A stretch of DNA of 64,000 bases, from NCBI GenBank assembly GCA_030059665.1, contig JANVYR010000001.1, positions 192,001 to 256,000 on the forward strand, in the 5' to 3' direction. Below, piece after piece: positions 19,377 through 28,153 of the stretch. Every line of letters begins with the position of its first letter. Position 1 is the stretch's first letter. The stretch is from Candidatus Calditenuis fumarioli (GTDB lineage Archaea > Thermoproteota > Nitrososphaeria_A > Caldarchaeales > Calditenuaceae). A model generated the notes under the pieces. The model made no database searches, was not told where the DNA came from, and saw nothing but the letters and a program-made list of their open reading frames with translations. Position numbers and translations under genes: made by a program.

Positions 19377-19568
19377 ATGCCGACCATGCACAGATGCGCC
19401 TTCTGCGGCCGCGAGTTCCCCCACGGGGTCGGTACCCTCTACGTCAAGCGAGATGGATCCCTCCTTTGGTTCTGCAGCAGGAAGTGCCGCGTTTACATGA
19501 TCGAGCAGAGGAAGGATCCGAGGAAGCTGAGGTGGACGGTGGCAGGCTCCAAGTCAAGGACCGGCTGA
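19377..19568 (+). CDS. rpl24e: 50S ribosomal protein L24e
   Basis: CAFCG...G.LYVKRDG...FCSRKC...PRKLRWT motif. Confidence 0.95.
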   Translation: MPTMHRCAFCGREFPHGVGTLYVKRDGSLLWFCSRKCRVYMIEQRKDPRKLRWTVAGSKSRTG

Positions 19569-19578
19569 AGGAGTTTCA

Positions 19579-20475
19579 TCACTCCTCTATCCTGAGCTCC
19601 CTTCCCGAACTGATGAGCTCTGGCTTCTCGAGCAGTTGGATGATCAGCTTGGGCACGTCGCCCCTACGCTTGAGCACCGAGGCGAGCCTCTTCATGACGC
19701 TCCTCGTCCTCTCGTTGAGCCACACGACATCAGACCCTTTCGCCCTCTCGAGGTACTCGTTCCCCATCTTCACCAGCACCTCCCTATCTATCCTGCCCCG
19801 AGCGTAGGCTATGCCGAGCAGTCCGATGTAGACGATCGGCCTCTCGCGCTCCGGAAGCCGGTCCCGCTCGGCCACCAGGTGCTCGAAGAACTCGGTGTAC
19901 TCGTCGATCACCACGGATTCTTCTGCTGCCGCGCTGCGGGGGGCCTCCGTCGTGACGGCCTCTCCTTTCACGGGGGGCTCCGTTGGTCTCAGTGCGGTGC
20001 GCGGTGGCTCGGCGGTGGTAGCGGCGGGCTTCGGTGCGGTCTCCTCGGGAACCGTTTGCACAGGTGGCGGACCGGCATCGGCCACGTTCCCTTGCAGCAC
20101 CAGCGAGCACCACCTGACCTCCTTGTGCGTGAGCTTCGCCCTCTCGTACGACATCATCAGGAACGTGACGAGCTTCGTGACCGACGGCTCCGAGAAGACC
20201 TCGGAATAGGACTGGAAGAACTCGTTCGGGTAGTTCGATTCCAGGGCGTTCAGTAAAATCCTCCTGATGCCGTCGTAGTACCTCGTCATCAGGTCAAGGT
20301 ACGTCGCACGGTCCACGATGCCCATGAGCAGGTTGCGCGTCACGTGGACCATCGCGTCCCTGATGACCTCGAGCTCCCTCAGGCTCGAAATCCATTCCTC
20401 CCGGAGGCCGCCGACCTCAGGGAACTCCGCCTGCCCCGTTCTGCCGGTCGTCCTCTCCCTTACCGCCACCGGCAT
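19579..20475 (-). CDS. Hypothetical protein: two helical domains joined by a Pro/Ala/Thr-rich linker
   Basis: 298-aa ORF filling the gap between rpl24e and ndk; host-like codon usage. Confidence 0.7.
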   Translation of the reverse strand: MPVAVRERTTGRTGQAEFPEVGGLREEWISSLRELEVIRDAMVHVTRNLLMGIVDRATYLDLMTRYYDGIRRILLNALESNYPNEFFQSYSEVFSEPSVTKLVTFLMMSYERAKLTHKEVRWCSLVLQGNVADAGPPPVQTVPEETAPKPAATTAEPPRTALRPTEPPVKGEAVTTEAPRSAAAEESVVIDEYTEFFEHLVAERDRLPERERPIVYIGLLGIAYARGRIDREVLVKMGNEYLERAKGSDVVWLNERTRSVMKRLASVLKRRGDVPKLIIQLLEKPELISSGRELRIEE

Positions 20476-20528
20476 GAAGAATGGGGTTTATGATATAAAT
20501 TTTGCACGCAGGGTTATCGGGTGGATCC

Positions 20529-20972
20529 TCAGGCCACCAGATCCGACTCGCTGAAGAAGATCCGGTGTTCGTACTCGTAGCTCTCGGCGCTGTCAGAGGC
20601 GTGGACCAGGTTGTCGGTTATGTCGAGGCCGAAATCTCCCCTGATGGTTCCAGGCTCCGCGTTGACGGGGTCCGTGGCGCCCAGCATCTTCCTGACCACC
20701 GAGATCGCTGACCTCCCCTCCAGGACCATCACGACGACCCTTCTGCCGGCGATGGTGGAGACCAGCTGTTCGTAGAAGTGCTTGCCCCTGTGGACGGCGT
20801 AGAGCCGCTCGGCGTCCTCCCGCCGCATCCTGATCAGCTTCATCGCCACCACTTTCAGCCCCTTCCTCTCGAACCTCGAGATGATCTCGCCCATCAGGCC
20901 GCGCTCGACGGCGCTCGGCTTCAGCATAACGAACGTCCTCTCGCTCACAACAGGCCCTCCTACGGTCTGCAT
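20529..20972 (-). CDS. ndk: Nucleoside diphosphate kinase
   Basis: ERTFVMLKP, PGTIRGDFG and NLVHASDS with the catalytic His. Confidence 0.95.
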   Translation of the reverse strand: MQTVGGPVVSERTFVMLKPSAVERGLMGEIISRFERKGLKVVAMKLIRMRREDAERLYAVHRGKHFYEQLVSTIAGRRVVVMVLEGRSAISVVRKMLGATDPVNAEPGTIRGDFGLDITDNLVHASDSAESYEYEHRIFFSESDLVA

Positions 20973-21024
20973 TTAATGATGACATGAGCCCCTCTCAGGT
21001 ACCGAAATTAAGCACCGCTACCGG

Positions 21025-21375
21025 GTGAGCGCGGTGACCAGGGTAAGGGTCTTCAGGGTGACGGCCTACAACGACCCCGACACGGGGAGGCCCGGGAAGG
21101 TCATCGAGCTGGTCGAGGTCAGGAGCACGTACCAGCAGGCAGCCAGGGGAGTTGTGTCCGAGGAGTTCGTGATGGCCCAGCAGCTCTTCCAGTCCCTGAT
21201 GACGCAGCTCCAGTCGATGGGGTTCGTCCCGGTCCAGCGCGACCGCTTCCTGCCCAAGATCGTCCTGTACCTCACCGAGGAGGAGTACGAGAGGCTCGGT
21301 GTGAGGTTCGAGGTGAACGAGGAGTTCGAGCTGGTCCTCGAGGAAGGCAGGTTGATCTTCAGGAAGGTTCCGTGA
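21025..21375 (+). CDS. Arcadin-1-like protein
   Basis: Overall pattern and 'PKIVLYLTEEEYERLGVRFEVNEEFELVLEEGRLIF' resemble Pyrobaculum arcadin-1 (recalled from memory, not aligned). Confidence 0.65.
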   Translation: MSAVTRVRVFRVTAYNDPDTGRPGKVIELVEVRSTYQQAARGVVSEEFVMAQQLFQSLMTQLQSMGFVPVQRDRFLPKIVLYLTEEEYERLGVRFEVNEEFELVLEEGRLIFRKVP

Positions 21376-21381
21376 TGGGCG

Positions 21382-21516
21382 ATGAGGTTCAGGTGCGTCA
21401 TCTGCAGGATAGAGGTCGAGGCGGTCCACGCGGAGGACAGGGGCGACAAATACTACGTCATCTGCCCGAGGGGCCACGAGCAGTACGTCAGGAAGGGGAG
21501 CGTCACCGGTGCGTGA
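21382..21516 (+). CDS. Small zinc-ribbon-like protein (44 aa), absent from the ORF track
   Basis: MRFRCVICRIEVEAVHAEDRGDKYYVICPRGHEQYVRKGSVTGA: CxxC...CxxGH; starts 6 bp after the arcadin-like gene. Confidence 0.6.
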   Translation: MRFRCVICRIEVEAVHAEDRGDKYYVICPRGHEQYVRKGSVTGA

Positions 21517-23239
21517 AGACGAACACCGGCTCCTCGTCCGAGTCCCGGACGCAGTAACCGAACCTCTCGAACTGGACCCTATCGCCTCTCTTGAGGTTCA
21601 GGACGTTTCGCTCCGCGTACCCCTCAACCACCCGCAGGCTCTCCTCGTTGAAGGCGCCGTCCGGACCGAAGAGCGGCCCCGGCACGAGGACCCTCACGGG
21701 AACCGCCGATTCGACCGGCACCCACTGGACCACCCTCATCCCGGGCTCGGGTGGACCGGGCAGCGCCTCGCCGAGGGCCCTCCCGTCTCCTATCTCGAGG
21801 ACCCTCACGTTGGCCAGGTGCTTGAGCCGAAGAACTCCTCCAACGCCCACCTCGAGCAGGTCCTGGAACCTCACGTACAGCTCCCCTGAGGCCCTAATCT
21901 TCCTCGTCCCCATGTGACCCTCCGGGTGGAGCGGCAGCTCGACCTCGACGGGCTCAAAGCCGCGCAACTTCAGCAGAGCTGGGCCGTCTACGAAGAACAT
22001 CCGTGGCGTGGTTCCGTCGATTAGGCGCCTGTTGATGGCGTGCAGCAGTTCCCACGAGTAGACCTTCCGGCTTTGGGTCATGGCCACGTACCTCAGGACG
22101 AACTCCCTCAGCGCCTCCGGCACTATCCCCCTCCGCCTGATCGCCGCCACGGTCGCGAGCCTCGGGTCGTCCCATCCTCCGATCACGCCCTTCTCGATCA
22201 GCGCCCTGATCTCCCTCCTCGCCACCGGCGTGCCCTCGAACTCGAACCTCTCGTACTCGACGTAGGTCGGGTTGGGCATCCCCAGGTAGCTCCTGATCAG
22301 GTCCTGCAGCTCGTTCCTCAGCGCGAACTCGGAGGTGCGCAGGACGTGCGTCACCCCGCAGACGGCGTCCTCTATGCTGACGGCGAAGTCGTACGTCGGC
22401 CATACGTGATAGCGATCGCCCTTCAGGGGGTGCGGGTGGTCGACGATCCGCATGATCACCGGGTCCCGGAGGGTTGTGTTGGCTGACCTCATGTCCCCCA
22501 TCAGCCTGAGCGAGACCTCGCCCTCACCGAACCTGCCCGAGAGCATGCCGTCCCACATCTCGAGGTGCCACTCCCTCTCCCTGGACCGGTGCTCGCACTC
22601 GACGCCCTCAGCCCTGAGCCTCCTCATCCGCTCCCTGTCGCACGTGCATGCGTACGCCTTCCCCTCCTCTATCAGCCGCCTGGCGTGCTCGTAGAAGAGC
22701 TCCATGTCGTCGCTGTTGTTCTTCTCGTGATCCCACCTGATCCCGACCCACGAGTACCCGTCCCTGTAGGAGTCGTAGTACTCCGGTCTCACCTTCCTCG
22801 GATCCGTGTCCTCGAACCGGAGCCAGAGCTTGCCGCCGTACATCTCCTTGTAGAGGTAGTTGAGGAGCCCGCTCAGCGCGTGGCCTATGTGCATGAACCC
22901 GCTGGGCTCCGGCGGCAGCCTCGTCACCACGTTCCCCTTCACGGCGTTCGGCAGCGGCGGCAGCGTCCTCCTCTCCTCCCTCGCCCTCCGCTCGGTCAGA
23001 AGCGACGGGTCTATCTCCGAAAGGGCCTGCGCTATCTCCTCGAGGCTCATGGCGTTCACTCGCTCCACCACGGCCTTCACCTCCCGGAGCAGGAACGACA
23101 TCGCCGCCTTCGCCCCCGGGTCCTCCGCCACGACCTTCGCTATCACTGGCTTCTCCTGGGCCCTGCCGCCGTGGTCGAGCGCGTTCTTCAACGCCCACTT
23201 GTAGAGCAGTAGCCGGAGCCTCGACTCGTCCGTTACCAT
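21503..23239 (-). CDS. gltX: Glutamyl-tRNA synthetase (archaeal type)
   Basis: RLPPEPSGFMHIGH (HIGH), LRFEDTDP, WPTYDFA, GWDDPRL and a C-terminal VQFERFGY anticodon-binding region. Confidence 0.95.
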   Translation of the reverse strand: MVTDESRLRLLLYKWALKNALDHGGRAQEKPVIAKVVAEDPGAKAAMSFLLREVKAVVERVNAMSLEEIAQALSEIDPSLLTERRAREERRTLPPLPNAVKGNVVTRLPPEPSGFMHIGHALSGLLNYLYKEMYGGKLWLRFEDTDPRKVRPEYYDSYRDGYSWVGIRWDHEKNNSDDMELFYEHARRLIEEGKAYACTCDRERMRRLRAEGVECEHRSREREWHLEMWDGMLSGRFGEGEVSLRLMGDMRSANTTLRDPVIMRIVDHPHPLKGDRYHVWPTYDFAVSIEDAVCGVTHVLRTSEFALRNELQDLIRSYLGMPNPTYVEYERFEFEGTPVARREIRALIEKGVIGGWDDPRLATVAAIRRRGIVPEALREFVLRYVAMTQSRKVYSWELLHAINRRLIDGTTPRMFFVDGPALLKLRGFEPVEVELPLHPEGHMGTRKIRASGELYVRFQDLLEVGVGGVLRLKHLANVRVLEIGDGRALGEALPGPPEPGMRVVQWVPVESAVPVRVLVPGPLFGPDGAFNEESLRVVEGYAERNVLNLKRGDRVQFERFGYCVRDSDEEPVFVFTHR

Positions 23240-23249
23240 CCCGATCGGT

Positions 23250-24461
23250 TCACCCGTGGGCCGTCGTCGAGACGATCTTGATCACGTCCCTGTCCTTCAG
23301 CCTGTAGTCCGCCGGGAGCCTGAGGCCTGTCCTGACGTCGATGGCGTACAGCAGGCCCTTCGCGAGGTCCTTGTGGATCCGCTCGGCGAGGTCCCTCACC
23401 GTCGCATCAGCGGGCACGAGGAACGCGTCGGGCAGCACGTTCCCCTGCCTGTCGGTCAGCGTCCGGACGTCGTAGACCGGATAGACCACGTTCATCCTTA
23501 GCAGCTTGAAGACAGCGACGTTGATCGCGAACTGGACACCGGTGCGCATGTACTTCCCGAAGACGCGCTCGTTGATGACGTCGAGCGCCCACCTCTGCTG
23601 CTCCGTCAGCGCGCTCCCTCCGGTGATCACGAACTTCTCCTCGCCCGGCTTGTACCTGATCAGCCCCTTCTGCTCGGCCCTCCTGAGGATCAGCTCCGCC
23701 TCGGCGCTCACCGGAACCACTATCCTGTCGGGGAACTTCTCCACCAGCTCCTGGTAGAACTTCTCCGATCCCTCGACGTCTATCTTGTTGGCCACGATTA
23801 TCGTCGGCTTGGTCACCTCCCTCAGCACCTGCGCGAATTTCCTGTCGTCGTTCATGTTCCAGTTCTCGAAGTCCTTGTTGCTCAGCCCCGCCAGCCGCAA
23901 CGCCATCTCGATGTGCTGCTCCGTAACCCTCATCCCCCTCAGCGGTTCAGCCATCGCCTCCGGCAGGGACTTCCCTGACCTGAGGGCCCTCGATATCCGC
24001 TCCTCGTTCCTCTCGAGCACCTTCATCAGCCATATCACCAGCTCCTCCTCGATGTCGTACACGTCTGCCACCGGGTTGCCCTTCCCTGGCTCCGTCAGCC
24101 TTCCCTCCTCGTCGACGCTGGCCGACGCGTCGACCACGTGGAGCAGCGCGTCCGACTGGGATGCCACCGAGAGGAACTGGTTGCCGAGCCCCTTCCCGGC
24201 CCACGCTCCCTTGATCAGCCCAGGAAGGTCTATCAGCTCGAGCGGGAGGTACCGCCAGCCGTCGACGCACGGCGCCGACTTGGGGTTGCACTTCACGTTG
24301 AACTCGCTGTCCACGCATGGGCTCAGCGCGTATGCTATGCCGTAGTTAGGCTGCTTAGTGGTGAAGGGGTAGGTGGAGACCTCGGCCGACTGGAGGGTGG
24401 CCGCGTTGAAGAACGTGGTCTTGCCGGTGTTGGTCTTCCCTATCAGGCCGAGACGGATCAA
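23250..24461 (-). CDS. Archaeal YchF/OLA1-related Obg-family GTPase with TGS domain
   Basis: GKTNTGKT, YPFTT, DLPGL, ANKID motifs and a C-terminal TGS region. Confidence 0.9.
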   Translation of the reverse strand: MIRLGLIGKTNTGKTTFFNAATLQSAEVSTYPFTTKQPNYGIAYALSPCVDSEFNVKCNPKSAPCVDGWRYLPLELIDLPGLIKGAWAGKGLGNQFLSVASQSDALLHVVDASASVDEEGRLTEPGKGNPVADVYDIEEELVIWLMKVLERNEERISRALRSGKSLPEAMAEPLRGMRVTEQHIEMALRLAGLSNKDFENWNMNDDRKFAQVLREVTKPTIIVANKIDVEGSEKFYQELVEKFPDRIVVPVSAEAELILRRAEQKGLIRYKPGEEKFVITGGSALTEQQRWALDVINERVFGKYMRTGVQFAINVAVFKLLRMNVVYPVYDVRTLTDRQGNVLPDAFLVPADATVRDLAERIHKDLAKGLLYAIDVRTGLRLPADYRLKDRDVIKIVSTTAHG

Positions 24462-24567
24462 GCCCTGTGCTACCTGTCCCAGCTCGACTAATAAGTGATG
24501 GTCCGGCCTGCGGACCGTGGCTTATCGGTGGCACAGGTCTGCCGAGAAAATCGCGTGGGGGTCGGCC

Positions 24568-26904
24568 TCAGATCAGGTAGAAGAGCGGGAAGAGGAATAC
24601 CCAGACTATGTCGACGAAGTGCCAGTAGTAGCCGAAGTACTCGATCGCCTCCCAGTTGTCCTTGCCGTAGTGGCCCTTGGCTGCCCGGTAGATCAGGTAG
24701 ATCAGCGCCAGCAGTCCAGCCGTGACGTGGGCGCCGTGTACGCCGGTCGTGAGGAAGAACGTCGAGGCCGGCAGCGAGCTCGAGAAGGTGATCCCGTGCT
24801 CGAATAGCTCCCTCCACTCGTTGTACTTGTTGAACAGGAAGGCGAGACCGAGCAGCAGCGTCGCACCCAGGAACCCCGCGGTCAGACTCCTCTTGTCTGC
24901 CCTGGCTGAGGCGAGCGCGAGGACAACGGTCAGGCTGCTCGTCAACAGTATGAAGGTGTTGGTGGCGCCGTGCCAAATGTCCAGCATCTCGCCGGGTGCG
25001 GGCCAGGAGCTGCTGGCCGACCTGACGAACAGGTACGCGGAGATCAGCACGCCGAAGAGGGTGACCTCGGAGGCGATGAACGTCCACCAGCCCAGCTTGA
25101 CCCTGTCGATCTTCTCGAACGGCCACCGCTCGCCGAAGGGCTCCTCGTGGGCGATGAAGCGCTCCCTTGCCCATCCCACCACAGACAGCGCGAAGACGAT
25201 CAGGCCGGGTATCAGCAGCGCGTTGTGCACCGTGAGGCCAGCCAGCGAGAGGAACGCTCCCAGGCTCACCGCGAACGGGTAGATCGAGTGGTGTGTCGCC
25301 TCAGCGAGGTGGGAGTGGGCACCGTTCATCGAGACGAACGCGAGCTTGCCTCCAGCGAAGCTCGGTATCGCGGGGAAGTTGCCGGGCGGTGGCGGCGACT
25401 CGGTGGCCCACTCCAGCGTGAAGGCGTCCCAAGGGTTGCTCCCCGCTGGGCTGCCGTTCCGGAGGCTGTAGAGGAAGTTCCAGAACATGATCAGGAACGA
25501 GAGGCCGAAGATCAGCCCTCCTATGGTCGCCAGCTGGTGGTACGGCAGCAGTTCGGGCTGGTAGATCGGAACCCTCCTGGGCGTCTGCCACGCGAGGAAG
25601 AGCGGGAAGTACAGCAGGTTGTACCCTATAATCGCGGTGACGAAGTGGATCCTCCCGAGTTTCTCGTCGAACATCCTCCCGGTCATCTTCGGATACCAGT
25701 AGTAGAGGCCTGCGATGAGCCCCAGCAGACCGCCGCCAACCATGGTGTAGTGGAAGTGCGCCACGACGAAGTACGTCCCCCTCAGTATGTAGTCGAGCGC
25801 GTTGGACCCCAGGAAGACTCCTGTTATGCCGCCGACGATGAAGACGCCTATCGAGCCAACCGCGAACAGCAAAGGCGTGCTGACCCTGATCTTCCCCTTC
25901 GCAAGGGAGTAGATGTAGGAGAGGATGATGGCGTCGAATGGTATCGAGATAGCTATCGTCGTTATCGTGAAGACCCTCCTGATGTCCTGGCTGATTCCCG
26001 TGTTGAACATGTGATGACCCCAGACGAGGAAGCTCAGCACAGCCACGATGGTCATGGCCGCCATCACTGCGGTCCTTCCGTAGAGGTGCCTCCTCGTCGA
26101 TGCCTGGATGATCTCTGCCATTGCGCCTAGCGCCGGGAAGAGGACGATGTACACCTCAGGGTGGCCGAAGAACCAGAAGACGTGGTCCCAGAGCAGTGAT
26201 CCGCCCTCAGGGCTCGAGAGGTACACCGTGCCCAAGAGCCTGTCGGAAGCCAACAGGATGATCCCAGCCAGCAGAGGCGGGAATGCGTAAAGCATCATCA
26301 GCACCGTCAGGAGCACCGAGAAGGTGAAGAGCGGCATCCTCCGTATCGTGAGGCCCTGGGCCCTGGACCTGAATATCGTGACGACGAAGTTCACCGTGGA
26401 GACGGTCACAGACGCCGTCAGGAGCGCGAGCCCGAGACCGCCTGTGTTGACGCCTACGTAGGGCGAGAACCGCGAGGTCGTCAGAGGTGCGTACATGGTC
26501 CATCCTGCGTCTATCGCGCTGTCCTGGAAGAACGAGATGAGCGTGAGGACGCCTCCGAAGAGATATAGCCAGTAGCTCAGCGCGTTCAGCCTCGGGAAGG
26601 CGAGATCCCTCGCTCCTATCTGGAGGGGCACGACGTAGTTAGCCAGCGCGAAGGCCAGGGGTGAGATCACGAAAAGTATCATGATCAGGCCGTGCATTGA
26701 GACGGCCTGGTTGAACTGCTGCGGGTTCAGCAGCTTTATCGCCGGATCGGCGAGCTGGAACCTGAAGAGCAGCGCAAGGGTCCCGCCGACGATCAGGAAG
26801 TAGAGAGAAGTGACCAGATACAGGATTCCGACGTCCTTGTGGTCGGTCGTCGTCAGCCAGCGCCTGATCGAAGAGGCGGGAAGGTGCTGACCCTGATGCG
26901 CCAT
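24568..26904 (-). CDS. coxA: Heme-copper oxidase subunit I fused to subunit III
   Basis: SMHG, WFFGHPEVY (A1-type E), VWGHHMF and VAHFHY, then subunit III motifs 'FIASE', 'TGVHGAHV' and 'YWHFVDIVW'. Confidence 0.95.
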   Translation of the reverse strand: MAHQGQHLPASSIRRWLTTTDHKDVGILYLVTSLYFLIVGGTLALLFRFQLADPAIKLLNPQQFNQAVSMHGLIMILFVISPLAFALANYVVPLQIGARDLAFPRLNALSYWLYLFGGVLTLISFFQDSAIDAGWTMYAPLTTSRFSPYVGVNTGGLGLALLTASVTVSTVNFVVTIFRSRAQGLTIRRMPLFTFSVLLTVLMMLYAFPPLLAGIILLASDRLLGTVYLSSPEGGSLLWDHVFWFFGHPEVYIVLFPALGAMAEIIQASTRRHLYGRTAVMAAMTIVAVLSFLVWGHHMFNTGISQDIRRVFTITTIAISIPFDAIILSYIYSLAKGKIRVSTPLLFAVGSIGVFIVGGITGVFLGSNALDYILRGTYFVVAHFHYTMVGGGLLGLIAGLYYWYPKMTGRMFDEKLGRIHFVTAIIGYNLLYFPLFLAWQTPRRVPIYQPELLPYHQLATIGGLIFGLSFLIMFWNFLYSLRNGSPAGSNPWDAFTLEWATESPPPPGNFPAIPSFAGGKLAFVSMNGAHSHLAEATHHSIYPFAVSLGAFLSLAGLTVHNALLIPGLIVFALSVVGWARERFIAHEEPFGERWPFEKIDRVKLGWWTFIASEVTLFGVLISAYLFVRSASSSWPAPGEMLDIWHGATNTFILLTSSLTVVLALASARADKRSLTAGFLGATLLLGLAFLFNKYNEWRELFEHGITFSSSLPASTFFLTTGVHGAHVTAGLLALIYLIYRAAKGHYGKDNWEAIEYFGYYWHFVDIVWVFLFPLFYLI

Positions 26905-26905
26905 C

Positions 26906-27529
26906 TCAACCACCCCCCTCGTACCAGGCCTTGAACTCCTGCTCCGTGACCGCGACGATCCTGCCGGTCATCACGCCGTGACCGGTCCCGCAGAGCTCGA
27001 AGCATCTGACCTCATAGGTCCCAGGTACCCTGATGACGGTCCAGTAGGTGTTGATCTTCCCCGGTACCGCGTCGATCCCGATGCCGAGGGAGAGGACGCC
27101 GAACTTGTGGAAGACGTCCCTGCTGGTGACGTAGAACTTGATCGGCCTGTCTATCGGAACGCGCGCCTCACCCAGGACCGTCTTGCCGTTCGGGTAGGTG
27201 AACTCCCAGCCCCACTGGAACGCGGTCACCCTGATCTCGAGAGCATCAGCCGGAGGCGTCTCGAGGTACGCGAGGGTCGAGAACGTGCTGAAGATCAGCG
27301 TTGTCACGATCGTCGCGCTCAGCGCAATGGAGATCAGCAACCTGTACGGAAAGCCCTCCGAGGTCGGCAGCTCGCCCAGCTCCACGTCCCTCCCCTTCAC
27401 CTCCTTTGCCCTGACGTGCTTGATCAGGTGGTACAGCATGTAGCCCAGCACCACGAAGAAGACGATAGTGCCCAGGGTGAGGAACGTGTCGAAGAGGGAG
27501 TAGACGGCTTCGGCCGTCGTGCTCACCAT
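26906..27529 (-). CDS. coxB: Cytochrome c oxidase subunit II (CuA)
   Basis: Two TM helices, 'AFQWGW', DVFH and CFELCGTGHGVM CuA ligands. Confidence 0.95.
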   Translation of the reverse strand: MVSTTAEAVYSLFDTFLTLGTIVFFVVLGYMLYHLIKHVRAKEVKGRDVELGELPTSEGFPYRLLISIALSATIVTTLIFSTFSTLAYLETPPADALEIRVTAFQWGWEFTYPNGKTVLGEARVPIDRPIKFYVTSRDVFHKFGVLSLGIGIDAVPGKINTYWTVIRVPGTYEVRCFELCGTGHGVMTGRIVAVTEQEFKAWYEGGG

Positions 27530-27608
27530 CGGCGAATGGTCGGCATCCTCATAATATTAACCTCTTTTGAGTTAACGCATGAGTGGCACTTGCGCGCTCC
27601 TAACTGGT

Positions 27609-27643
27609 TGACTGCTCTGCCGGTTTCGCAGAGGACACAGTCA
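27609..27643. other. Stable hairpin between the Rpc34-like gene and the cox promoter
   Basis: TGACTG-CTCTGC-cggtttc-GCAGAG-gaca-CAGTCA: 12-bp stem with a 4-nt bulge. Function unknown. Confidence 0.35.
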
Positions 27644-27688
27644 TCACCGGAGAGTTCAAAACGTGAAGGCTCTGGTCCCGATTACCCA

Positions 27689-28063
27689 TCAGGAGACTTC
27701 TTTCCGGCCTTCGCGGTACGACCTGATGACCCAGTCCTCGATCAGGGTGCATCCCACCGGGCTGACGCTCTGGTCGGGGCCGCAGTTGGGGTTGAAGGGG
27801 CAGAGGGGACAGGGAGCGCCGAAGAGGGGCGACGGATCGAACCGCTTGATGAGCGGGATCAGCTTGAGCGTCCACCTCTCGTTCGCGAGCACCTTCTCCC
27901 TCCTCACTATGCCCTTCTTCTCCAGCTTGATGGCCAGCCTCGACCCCTCCCTGCTCGAGATGCCGAGCATGTGCCAGAGCTCCGACTGCAGGATTCCCTC
28001 CTCGTGCTCTAGGAGGATGCGAATGGCTTGCTCCTCCAACCGAGCGAGCTTAGAGGTCTGCAT
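27689..28063 (-). CDS. Archaeal Rpc34-like protein (winged HTH + C-terminal Cys4 cluster)
   Basis: 'GILQSELWHMLGISSREGSRLAIKLEKKGIVRREK' wHTH plus 'PCPLCPFNPNCGPDQSVSPVGC..IEDW'. Confidence 0.7.
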   Translation of the reverse strand: MQTSKLARLEEQAIRILLEHEEGILQSELWHMLGISSREGSRLAIKLEKKGIVRREKVLANERWTLKLIPLIKRFDPSPLFGAPCPLCPFNPNCGPDQSVSPVGCTLIEDWVIRSYREGRKEVS

Positions 28064-28153
28064 CTTCCGTCTCTGCTGATGATAATTGCGTTCCCCTGTA
28101 TTTAAGTAAAGTCTCACGAAACGGAAAAGGAGATCCTAAGTCCCCTCTAGTCC

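Noticed and set aside
20976-21030. Possible box C/D sRNA (ATGATGA at 20976)
   Set aside because: No convincing D'/C'/D boxes; better explained as the ndk/arcadin divergent promoter.
24568-26904. CoxI+III fusion as novel
   Set aside because: Already known from several archaeal and Thermus oxidases.
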